This document shows, piece after piece, positions 38,381 to 49,400 of a DNA stretch of 52,775 nucleotides. The position numbers and the translations under genes are program-made. This DNA comes from Vicugna vicugna. Its lineage: Eukaryota. The DNA is taken from positions 73,175 through 125,949 of the forward strand of contig MU058035.1 of NCBI GenBank assembly GCA_013265495.1. Reading direction: 5' to 3'. How positions within the stretch are numbered: the first letter of the stretch is position 1; every line of letters starts with the position of its first letter. The notes beneath the pieces were generated by a model. The model did not search any database and was not told where the DNA came from. It was given only the letters and a program-made list of their open reading frames with translations.

Positions 38381-40540
38381 GTTTCATCAGAGCAGGAGAA
38401 GGAACAAGAGACTTTACACCAGAAAAGCATCACTGAGCCTCTCCCAGCAGCAGACACAAAGAAAAAAATGGAAGGGTACCAGGAGTTTGCAGCCAGGCCC
38501 CTGGTGACTCGAGCAGAGAAGGACAACGACACAGATCAAGGTGCCAAAAGTGAGAAGGCGGCAGAGGAGGCGGGAGAGAAGGGAGCTGCTCCTCCACTCC
38601 TGAGTGCCCCTCCGGCCCCCGAAAGGGATCCCGCCCTGATCCCCGGGGCTGGCAACCAGTCACTCACCTCTCCTAGTGCCCTCATGGAACCAAAACAAGA
38701 ACCCAACCCCTACTGTTCTACAGAGAGCCCTGAGAATGATTTCCAAGAAGCATCCTTCCCCGGCTTCCCCGCCACGCAGCCGCCGTTGGCAAACCAGGGT
38801 GAGACGGAGGATGACAAACTGCCAGCAATGGCCGATTACATCGCCAACTGCACCGTGAAGGTGGATCAGCTGGGCAGTGACGACATCCACAACGCACTGA
38901 AGCAGACCCCAAAGGTCCTTGTGGTCCAGTCATTCGACATGTTCAAAGACAAGGACTTGACTGGGCCCATGAATGAGAACCATGGGCTTAATTACACCCC
39001 CCTGCTATACTCAAGGGGCAACCCCGGTATCATGTCCCCGCTGGCCAAGAAAAAACTTTTGTCCCAGGTGAGCGGGGCCGGCCTCTCCAGCAGCTACCCC
39101 TATGGCTCCCCACCCCCTTTGATCAGCAAAAAGAAACTGACTGCAAGGGATGACCGGTGCACGGGTTTATCCCAGGCCCATCACGGCCAAAGCACCGACC
39201 ACATGGCGGTCAGCCGGCCGTCGGTGATTCAGCACGTCCAGAGTTTCAGAAGCAAGCCCTCAGAGGAGAGAAAAAGCATCAATGACATTTTTAAGCATGA
39301 CAAACTGAGTCGATCGGAGCCCCACCGCTGCAGCTTCTCCAAGCATCACCTTAGCCCCCTTGCCGACTCTTATGTCCTGAAGCAAGAAATTCAGGAGGGC
39401 AAGGAGAGACTGCTGGAGAAGAGGGCACTGCCCCACTCCCACATGCCCAGCTTCCTGGCCGACTTCTACTCATCTCCGCATCTCCATAGCCTCTACAGAC
39501 ACACCGAACACCATCTTCATAATGAGCAGACATCCAAGTACCCTTGCAGGGACATGTACAGGGAATCGGAAAACAGTTCTTTTCCTTCCCACAAACACCC
39601 AGAGAAGCTCCACGTGAATTATTTGGCCTCTCTACATCTGCAAGACAAAAAATCAGCTGCAGCAGAAGCCCCCACGGATGACCAGCCAACGGATCTCAGC
39701 CTGCCCAAGAACCCGCACAAACCCACAGGCAAGGCCCTGGGCCTGGCCCACCCGACACCGGGGCCCCAGGAGAGCAAGGGCGCCTCCCAGTTCCAGGTCA
39801 TCAACAGCCAGAGTCGAGACTGTCACCCCAAAGCCTGTAGGGTATCGCCCATGACCATGTCGGCCCCTAAAAAATACCCCGAATCACTCTCCAGATCGGG
39901 AAAACCCCACCCTGTGAGACTGGAGAATTTCAGGAAGATGGAAGGCATGGTCCACCCTATCCTGCACCGGAAAATGAGCCCTCAGAACATTGGTGCAGCG
40001 CGTCCGATAAAGCGCAGCCTGGAGGATTTGGACCTCGTGATTGCTGGGAAAAAGGCCCGGGCCGTGTCTCCTCTGGACCCCTCCAAGGAGGTCTCTGGGA
40101 AGGAAAAGGCCCCGGAGCAGGAGAGCGATGGCAGCAAGGCCGTGCATGGCGGGCACTCCGGGGGCTCGTCAGAAGGCCACAAGCTCCCCCTCTCATCCCC
40201 TGTCTTCCCAGGTTTGTATTCTGGGAGCCTGTGCACCTCCGGCCTCAACTCCAGGCTCCCAGCAGGGTATTCTCATTCTCTGCAGTACTTGAAAAACCAG
40301 ACTGTGCTTTCTCCACTCATGCAGCCCCTGGCTTTCCACTCGCTTGTGATGCAAAGAGGAATTTTTACGTCGCCGACAAATTCTCAGCAGCTGTACAGAC
40401 ACTTGGCTGCGGCCACACCTGTAGGAAGTTCGTATGGGGACCTTTTGCACAACACCATTTACCCTTTAGCTGCTATAAATCCTCAAGCTGCCTTCCCATC
40501 TTCTCAGCTGTCATCCGTACACCCCAGTACAAAACTGTAA
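38381..40540 (+). CDS. ARID5B: ARID5B terminal coding exon (exon 10 equivalent), 719 codons plus TAA: VSSEQEKEQ...SSVHPSTKL
   Basis: Acceptor ttttatcAG at 38379-38380 with branch-point-like CTGAC near 38353. In frame with the 690-aa ORF 38468..40540, whose sequence is recognisably the ARID5B C-terminus. Confidence 0.98.
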   Translation, partial: VSSEQEKEQETLHQKSITEPLPAADTKKKMEGYQEFAARPLVTRAEKDNDTDQGAKSEKAAEEAGEKGAAPPLLSAPPAPERDPALIPGAGNQSLTSPSALMEPKQEPNPYCSTESPENDFQEASFPGFPATQPPLANQGETEDDKLPAMADYIANCTVKVDQLGSDDIHNALKQTPKVLVVQSFDMFKDKDLTGPMNENHGLNYTPLLYSRGNPGIMSPLAKKKLLSQVSGAGLSSSYPYGSPPPLISKKKLTARDDRCTGLSQAHHGQSTDHMAVSRPSVIQHVQSFRSKPSEERKSINDIFKHDKLSRSEPHRCSFSKHHLSPLADSYVLKQEIQEGKERLLEKRALPHSHMPSFLADFYSSPHLHSLYRHTEHHLHNEQTSKYPCRDMYRESENSSFPSHKHPEKLHVNYLASLHLQDKKSAAAEAPTDDQPTDLSLPKNPHKPTGKALGLAHPTPGPQESKGASQFQVINSQSRDCHPKACRVSPMTMSAPKKYPESLSRSGKPHPVRLENFRKMEGMVHPILHRKMSPQNIGAARPIKRSLEDLDLVIAGKKARAVSPLDPSKEVSGKEKAPEQESDGSKAVHGGHSGGSSEGHKLPLSSPVFPGLYSGSLCTSGLNSRLPAGYSHSLQYLKNQTVLSPLMQPLAFHSLVMQRGIFTSPTNSQQLYRHLAAATPVGSSYGDLLHNTIYPLAAINPQAAFPSSQLSSVHPSTKL

Positions 40541-40873
40541 GCCGAGTGCTGCCCAGCATCCCAGCGACGTGGCTAACAGAGCTTCACTCCTTAGCCAGGG
40601 GTGATGGCTGGTAGAATTAGAAGTCAGTATTTCTTCTAATCTGGGGGTAAGATCAGTCCTAGCCCAGGGGCCTTGAGGGGAGGTGAGAACATACCTGATA
40701 TTTCCAGGACGACTCTGGTCTTGGCTGGTCGGTCCTGAACCCCTTCCAACATAGGTGCCCTCAAGCCCCAGATCGTCCACTTTGCATGGGGGTCTTGTGA
40801 AGGGATTCATGTGTATCCAGGAGGAACTTAGAGGACCCTGTCTGAGTTCTGATGGTCAGGAAACAATCTGGGC

Positions 40874-40896
40874 AAAAAAAAAAAAAAAAAAAAAAA
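40874..40896 (+). repeat. A23 homopolymer in 3'UTR
   Basis: 23 consecutive A residues. Confidence 0.95.
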
Positions 40897-42610
40897 GACA
40901 TTTCAAAGGGGCAAGGAAGACTGGCAAACATGCCAAGGGTTGCCCCTCTCTTCATACAACTCTCCAAGGTTCAATCAATGCAATGTATAGAGAAACGTCC
41001 ATAGATCTTTCATTTTGACACTATTAAACAATCCAGAGAAGTAAACACTGTTAAACTGACTGTATATATTTGCTTCTTAAAACTGCCCGTATCACTGTTT
41101 GCTCACCTAATTTATATACAGGTAGTTCCATATTCTCCCAGTTCCTTCTTGTCCTTTTTTTTTTTTTAATTAAACAGTATCGCTTTTGTTTGCAGGTCTT
41201 TTGTTTTTGTTTTATTTTATTCTGTTTTGTTTTAAAGGCTCACTGTCCTAGTTGTTGATATGTGTTTGTAATTTTTCCACATCTTATCATTTTGAGCAGC
41301 TTTGGGTGGTAATGTTATTGTTTACAAATTGAAGCAACTGATTCTAGTGGAACAGATGAAAAAAGAAACAGTTGAGCACACAACAGTGCAAAGAACGTTC
41401 CTTTGCAAATCTGCAACTTAAGGATTTTGCTCCTCATAAATGGCATAGTTGAAAGAGCTTACACACTGCTTACCCGGCCAAATGCTTTGCTTTGAAGTAT
41501 TGGGTTATGTGAAAATATTGAGCATTGTACTTACCTTATCTAGGCTGTGAAACTGTCCTACATACCAGAGGAATCATAAAAACAAAAACCTCACTGGCAG
41601 CAAGCTGCTGAATAACAACAGAATCTAGAGGACATATTTGTGGGCTGCACAGATATTTTAGGAATTTCAGAAATTAGAACAGGAGCCAAAATGATTTACA
41701 TTGGTGTTGGCGCTGAGCCCTTTAAACAGTCTGGGAAGGAGGGTTGGGAAGAGGCTGGAACTCGACTCTCCTGAAGAAAATGAGCTGCGGGAGGCCCTGG
41801 CACCAGACACCTGCCCTGGGCCCTGGTCTTTTGAGTAACGGTGGTCACGTGGCCTTCACCAAGTTGGTTTCTTCTTGCTCCCAAGAAGAATTTCACAGGC
41901 CACATCTTTGGGGATAGTTGGCATACCGGATTACCCATTTCAAAAGAAAGCCATCCCCTTTGGGTTGACGGGGCACGAGTTTTGTGTGTATGCACGCACA
42001 CAGGGTGGTTTGTGTCGTGTTTTCAACCACCAGGCAATACAGTCCACTTAATGATTTCTTTTACTGATGGAAAGAAATGGTCCAGCTATTCAAGCAGTCA
42101 AAAGATGTAGCGAATGTATACTGTCGTTCTTGCCACTTTATTCTATTTGCTGCTGAGCTGTAACATCAAGGTGGACGCATTTTCTAAGTGTGTTGAAAGT
42201 GGATCGACACAGAGTGGATTTTCTTTCCAGGTCCCGTCCCTGCTGATAAGACTGCTTTGGTGAAATCCCCAGCCAACCCTCCCCTACCCCAACGCTACCA
42301 GTAGACATTAGAACCATAGTTAACCAAGTCTTTTACCTCTGAGATACTTAATTCTATGAAAAATTGAGGACAATTCTCAACTTCTGAGTAGGTAACTCAA
42401 TTGCAAAATAATCAAAACTGGTGAACAATGAAACTCTGGCTCTTAGACCAACCATGCATGCCGCACATTTGTACTGAAATGTCTCCATGACACGAAGCCA
42501 AATACTCAGTGTAACATACTTAATATCCAAAGGTGGAAACAAAAGAATGTAGAGATCTAGTATTAAGAGTTCCATTTGCTTCAATTAATTATTTACCTTC
42601 CTGTGGAATA

Positions 42611-42626
42611 ATATATATATATATAT
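42611..42626. repeat. (AT)n microsatellite in 3'UTR
   Basis: atatatatatatatat. Confidence 0.9.
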
Positions 42627-44428
42627 TTAATAGAACCATAGATAGACTAGTAGAATTTAGATTATAAATGTGTGAATGCAGATTATCCTGCTATTGCACA
42701 AGATAGAGGGGGGAAAAAATCTCAATCCCAGCTGGCAAAATGCTGGCCAGGACACATGTAAGAAAGTTGCACTAGACTGAAGGGTCGCAGAATCAGAGGA
42801 CATGGAAGAAAAAGGAAACTCCAATGTTTCTGCAGCAGACGTGGGCTAGATCCTACATGGTTTCTGTGAGTTCGTTTCTCAAAGAAAAGGGGGGCGTCTG
42901 TCCCTGGGGGAGCTCACCTATCCATTTTGAACTTGGGGCATTTGTTTTCCCCACTGCAGTGATTTCAGTCTGGTTTCATCATGTAGGAATTCAATCACAC
43001 CATTTTCAAACAATGTTAACATAGTCCAGCTTTTGTTTTTCTCTTCTCTTCCGAGAGGAGACTCACTGTTTCTGTCTGAGGAAGCTCATACCCTCGGCAA
43101 AACATCAGGACAAATAAAGAGAAATGGGGGTATACATTCCCAACAGAAGCAGTGTGTTATTTGTTTTAAAACTCTGAGCAGAGATCTTGGAAATCTTTCA
43201 GAAAGACCATTGAATTCTTCATTGGCTGAGAACTACATTTTAAAAAGTCTTAAATACGGCTTTGTTTGCATTGTTTGAGTTCAAGGGGCCTTATTATTGA
43301 ATGGAATTGCACAAGCCTTTCTTTGTGCAATCAGACCATTGTTATTGGTAGTTCTGTGAAGGAAACTGTGGAATCTAATTGGCAATGGAGTCATAAATCT
43401 ATTTACTGAGTGTAGCTTCCAAGAAATGTTGCAATTCAAAATGCACTAAGTCCGTGATTTACTGGAGATTTGGAGATTCTAAATAATATTTTTTAAAAAC
43501 CTTTCCATGCAACTTCTGGTTTAACTTTTGGCAACTCAACATTAAAGGAAAAAGAAAAACAGCTCAACCGAGTTTCAGAATTAAGTATTCTTCTAGTAAG
43601 TGATTGGAACTTGTAATATCTGCCACAGGACTGACTTATTTATTTACTAGCTAGAAGCTCTTAAGTTCACTTGTTTATCAGGGCATATACAGAAGGGTTT
43701 GTTAAAACTCAGCGTTGACTTTACAACTTTCTGACCTGGTGCATGAATTCTCAAGTACTGTATTTCACTGTGTTGGTGTGTCTGATGGAAATTTCGAGGT
43801 GATCTCACAAAAATATTTTATGTAGTGTGCCTTCAAAGAGAACCATTTATTTCTCTTCACCTGTTGTCCCACAAAGTCACATTTGGTGGTGGTCAGCCGA
43901 GTCCCATCTGGTCCAGTTTTACTCTTGTCCCAATTTTAAAGAAAAGTGGGAACGAGTCTGCCCTGGTGAGACCCACACCATTGCAATGACTATCTCGAGC
44001 ACTTAAATTCCAGTGTTGGCTGTTGATGTATTTGATATTCTGCTTGTCTCCCCATGGTTGAACTATGTCTGAAGAATAGCAGCATAATCTCTTGGCTGTT
44101 TATACTTTTCTAAACTTTCCTGTGTTGTAAATATTGTATACTTTTGGTGATTCCAGCTATGTAACCTCTATGCTCTGTAAGGTGATTATTTGTATATAGC
44201 AACATGGCCCAGTGATATTATAGTTTCCCAATGGAGAGGTTATTGAGTAACCTTTGCATTAGTTTAAACACTACCAGAAGAATGCTGAGCCAACTATAAA
44301 CACTCAATTTTGTATGTTTTCCAAATTGTACTTATTACTGCTTTTGATACTGTATTAACGTGCCAATAGTTTCCCAATCACATAGCAGGCAAGAGATATT
44401 TTGTACTTTTTGATCCACTGTAATATTT

Positions 44429-44434
44429 AATAAA
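44429..44434 (+). terminator. Polyadenylation signal AATAAA
   Basis: AATAAA preceded by several TGTA motifs (e.g. 44351, 44402, 44419) and followed by a U/GU-rich tract (ctgtttccttttgggtgtaatctgttg). Transposon relics begin right after it. Confidence 0.85.
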
Positions 44435-44539
44435 AAACGTTACTATCTGTTTCCTTTTGGGTGTAATCTGTTGCTTCCTCCTGAGCAGCCCTGTGGCCTC
44501 ACCAGAGTACTTTCCACCCCATTGTCCCCAAGTAGGATA

Positions 44540-44770
44540 ATAACAAATATAATGATGATGTCTGTCTTTGTTGAGAAACTACTGGGTGCCCAACTGGCAT
44601 ACAATATCTTTACTCTTCACAGCTCCATATAAATATGGTTATGTCCATTTTACTGATGAGAAGACTGAAGTTTACAAAGGTAAATTAACTGGCCCGAGAT
44701 CACTTAACTAACAAATTGGCAGAGTCAGGATTTGAACCCAGGGCTCTTAAGTCTGTGACTGCCTTTGTAT
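44540..44770 (-). mobile_element. MIR SINE relic
   Basis: tccattttactgatgagaagactgaag...taactggcccgagatcac...tggcagagtcaggatttgaacccagg is a reversed MIR core and box B. Confidence 0.85.
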
Positions 44771-44799
44771 CCTATATTCTTCTTAGCAGATAACAAAAG

Positions 44800-45545
44800 T
44801 CACTATTTACTTACTCAGTCTAAAAATTTATTCCTGCCTCAATTGCCAGGCATTGTGTTGGAAGCTGGGATTATAATGTGAGTAAAAGATCCTGGAGCTT
44901 ATAAATATTATAGAAAAGAGAATGAATTAAATAGTTACCCATGTGAATACAAACCTCAACCTGCCCTAGTTCTGGGGGAGAGGAGTGTGATGACTGAAGT
45001 GATACATGAGGAGGAAGTGGTGACCAAACTGATACATGAAGGATGAATATTAGCTGACCAGGTGAGAGATAATTGGGAGAAGTATCCAAACACAGTGTGC
45101 CACTTGTGCAAAGGCCCAGAGGCAAGAACAAGTTTGACGACTTACAGGAACTGAAAAAAGCCTGTGTGACAGAAGCATAATTTTAAGGTCCAGGGAATGA
45201 GGTGAGCTGAGGCTAGAGAGTATATAGCAGGGGCCAGCCAGGTAGGTCCTAAGAGACCAGGTTGAGCACTCAGTCTTTGTCTTAAGCAAGAAGAGGTTTA
45301 AGTGGAGGGGTGATATCTTCAGATTTGTCTCTTTAAATGTCATTTGCTGGCTGCTGTGTAAAGGCAGATTGAGAGCAATTTAACCAAGATGGTGGTTATT
45401 TCAATTGGGGTGGTGGAACAGGAGAGTGGATGCATTTTAGAGGTACTTAGGAGGCATGAACAGACTTGGCAATGAATTAAATGGGACAACTGAATATTCA
45501 GGATTGAAAAGCTAGGAAAACAGCATATTCTGATGTCTGGTGACG
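44800..45545 (-). mobile_element. L2 LINE relic
   Basis: tgccaggcattgtgttggaagctggga...tgcaaaggcccagaggcaaga...tggctgctgtgtaaagg...gacttggcaatgaatta are reversed L2 motifs. Confidence 0.8.
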
Positions 45546-46444
45546 ACAAAGATTACTGCTCTTTCGTCCCCTTAGTCCTCTGCCTCCAAGCTTCCCCCTG
45601 GTTTTGCTCAGCTTATTGTTAGTTGAAGTGAGGTATTCACAAAGTAGCAGCCTGTGTGTACCCTTCTTAATAGGTCCCGGAGATTGGGGTAGGGGAGAGG
45701 GTGGACAGACTTTGCTAAGTATCTTGGTTAACAGCCCACACTATATGGTCAGGGTGGACTCAACAGACAGGAGAGGATAAACTGCTAATAACCATATCAT
45801 CGCAACTCTTCAGGGAAAAAAACCACACATACATGTTGATACAAGACATATGACCCTTTGTCTTACCATGGCTGACTCCCTGAAGGACCCTGCCTACCCT
45901 TCTCAGGTCAGCGGGAGTTGCAGCAGCATGTTAGGGGCCCTCATCCTCTTCTCAGTGGCCTTCATTCCTTTTGGATTAACATCCAAACATGCACAACACA
46001 AAAAGAGCCCCTAGCCCCATGGTCTCCTTGCCCTCATCCTGATTCATGTGTATTTCACCATATCATGTGAATTGTTAAGAATACATCGAAAGAGTGTTCT
46101 TCCATCTATGACACATCCTGCATTTATAGATCTGATACTCGAATCATACACAACAGGAAACACCATGATAAGTTATCTATTTTTACCAGGCCTGGCTGGC
46201 TAATACTGTTGGGAAGAGGGTGCTTTTGCTAAAGATATCACTCAGTGCAAAAGCAATGAAACTGCCCAACGATTTATTGTAGGAAAGTGGCCAAAGTTGA
46301 CAAATGTTTTAGGACTGATAGTGACCAGGAAATGGGTGATCATTTACATCAACAAGTAAATAAGTGGCAGGAGGTAGGAATGGGATGGGTGTCACCTCAG
46401 GCCAGGAACAATGTAAGAGAAAGCACAGCCTTCAAGACTGACGA

Positions 46445-49400
46445 AGGGGAGGGCAATCAAGATGGTGGAATAGAAGGATATGAAGCTCACTTCCTCCCAC
46501 AAAAACACCAAAAATCACTGACCTGTGGAACAATTCTCACAGACTACCCACTGAGCATTAAAACCCACTGGATTTCATACAACCAAAGTTGTGAGAAAGA
46601 TGACCATGTAACCAGATAGGATGAAAGGAAAATAAAAAAAGAAATTGGACAGGACCTGCATCCCTGGTGGGAGCTGTGAAAACGGAAAGGTTCCCTCATC
46701 TTGGAGCCCCTTCACTGACCGGGAGGTCTGTGCAGACAGTTAGGGAGCCTCAGAGGCTAAAAGGAGAGTGCAGCAGGCAGCACGCAGCAGGCAGGACTCA
46801 GAGAGATCAGCACACACGGTCCTGGCCACCTCACCGCACTCCCCAGCCTAAGACGTGCACCTGATGGTGTGTGCAATGGCTGGGTGTCGAAACTCACGCG
46901 TTAGCAGACAGACTGGAGGAGAGGACTCAAGTTTGGCTGCCTGGAGAGAGCCTGAAAGGGGTGAAGTGTGGTCCGGGCCACAACTAGGGGCATGCCCAGG
47001 ACGGAATTTAATCCACCATAAAAGATCTATTGCTAATGTACGACCAAAGGGAGGGGGCAGGGCCTCGCCATAGCAGCCCCATTCTCAGCAAGCTCAAGGT
47101 AGGCACAGCTCTGCTGCTGCTAACTCTGGGGCTGCGCAAACTCCTGCAGGTTGCCCACTTGCCAAGGGATGGCTGAAATCTGAGCCGATTCCCAGTGAGT
47201 GTGCAACTTCCACAAATTGACACCTGCAGCAGCATCTAAAGTACCTGGGAGCTGATTACTGGTATGCCAATAGCAGGCTTTGTGGGCATGCAAATGCAGA
47301 AGCAGGGCTGAAATCTGAGCCAATTATTGGTGTCCCCACAGTGGTGGATGGGCTGAGGGCAATGCCAATAACAGTGCACTTTGTGAGTGTGCACACCAGG
47401 TGACAGGCAAAGTCACAGAGTGCACGTCCTGGGGAGGCATACTTAGCGCTTTTCCCAGAGGGAGCATTCTAGTCCTGCTACACAGACCAGAACCAGATCT
47501 GGGGGCTTGTATTCCAACGACTGAGGAGCAGACTCAGCCCCTGACAGGAATATGACAACCACAGAGTGAAGAGGAGTCCCTGCCAAACATCCAGTGCAGG
47601 TACTGGTCACCACAACACCAATTACACCCCCTATCAAGAGGAGGATAGCCAGCACACCCTGAAGAAAGATGTGACAGGCATCCATACCCTGCACCAAAAA
47701 TACTGGACTAACACAGGCTACTCAGGGACACTCCCACAGAAACAATTAAAAGAACAAGAGAAATCCCCTGAAAGAATAAACAATGAAATGGACCTCTTCA
47801 GTCTACCAGATCCTGAGTTCAAAAGGCAGATAATAAAAAGGCCGAAGGAATTAAGAAAGGCTTTCAACAGAAACACAGATCACTGTAACAAGGAACTAGA
47901 AACTATAAAGAGGAGCCAATCAAAAACTGACAACTCCACTGCCAAGATGAAAGCCGAGCTGAAGGCAATAAACAGCAGACTAAATAGTGGAGAAGAATGA
48001 ATAAATGTCCTGGAAGACGGAGTTATGGAAATCACCCAATCAGAACAACAGACAGAAAGACAAATGAAAAAAAAAAATGAAAGTGACATATAAGATCTAT
48101 GAGATAATACAAAGTCTGCCAATCAATTCCTAATAAGGGTCCCAGAAGGAGAAGAAAGAGAAAAGGGGATCAAAAACACATTTTAAAAAATTATGGCTTA
48201 AAATTCCCAAACCTAAAGAAGGAAACATATCCAGGTACAGGAAGCACAGACAATCCTAAAACAAGATGAACCCAAACAGACTTACACCATAACATACCAT
48301 AATTAAAATGACAAAAGTTAGAGAGGATTCTAAAGGCAGCAAGAGAAGAACAAAGAGTTAGTTATAATGGAACCACCATGAGACTATCAGATGATTTCTC
48401 CACAGAAACTCTGCAGGCCGGAAGATACATTTAAAGTCCTGAAAGGGAAAAGACTGCAACCTAAGATATTCTATGAAGCAAGATTACCACTTAGAAGAGG
48501 AGAGAATTTCTCAGACAAGCAAAAACTAAAAAAATATAATATTAAATCCATTCTAAAAGAAATATTGAAAGGTCTTCTCTAAATAGAAGAGAAGCAACAA
48601 TCTATAGGAAAAGCAAAATCACAGTAGGATAAGCAAATATATAAAACAATTGTAGAACCTTTAAATAAGCCAGTACATAGATTTAAAAAAATTCAAAAAA
48701 TTTTTGTGAAAGTGATTATAACTACAATGAACAGCAAAAGGTTAAACAGGAAGATTTAAAATAGGACATCAAAATCATAAAATGTGGGAGAGAGGAGTAA
48801 GAAAATGCAGATTTTTTAGAATATGTTTGAGTTTATATGATTACTAGTCTAAAGCAAGTATATATAGTAATGAGTTACAATACTTGAAAACCAGGGTAAC
48901 CACAAATCAAAAACATACAAGAGATTCACAAAAAACAAAGAGGAGAACTCATGCATAATACAAAAAACCATCAAACCACAAAAGGAAAAAAAAAAGAAAG
49001 GAACAAATAGGAAATACAAAATCAACTGGAAAACAAAGTGTAAATGGCAGTAAACATGTATCAATAATTACCTTAAATATTAATGGACAAAATCCTCCAA
49101 TCAAAAGACAAAGAATGGTAATCTGGATAATGAAACAAGAGCCTAAAATATGCTGCCTTCAAGAGACTCACTTTAGGGTGAAGAACATACACAGATTGAA
49201 AGTTTTAGGATGGAAAAAACTATTTCATGCAAATAGAAATGATAAGAAAGCATGGGTAACAATATTCATATCAGACAAAACAGACTTTAAAACAAAGGCC
49301 ATAAAAAAGATTAAAAAGGATACTACATAATGATAAAAGGATCAATACAATAAGATGATATTACCCTCATTAATATACACACCCAATATAGGAGTACCTA

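Larger units (their letters stand above)
40541..44455 (+). other. ARID5B: ARID5B 3'UTR (~3.9 kb; 3' end approximate)
   Basis: Runs from the stop codon to a canonical poly(A) signal. AU-rich, with no recognisable transposon, and with many TGTA, ARE and miRNA-seed motifs. Confidence 0.85.

Noticed and set aside
38468..40540. 690-aa ORF as a stand-alone single-exon gene
   Set aside because: The frame is open from a splice acceptor at 38381 and joins the upstream ARID exons in phase. It is the last exon of ARID5B.
38430..40810. Cluster of antisense and alternative-frame ORFs of 60-127 aa
   Set aside because: These are the expected shadow ORFs of GC-rich coding sequence, with no recognisable protein features.
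43352..43360. Roquin CDE-like TTC-TGT-GAA triloop (also TTCTATGAA at ~42352)
   Set aside because: Only a 3-bp stem; flanking bases do not extend the pairing as a constitutive decay element requires.
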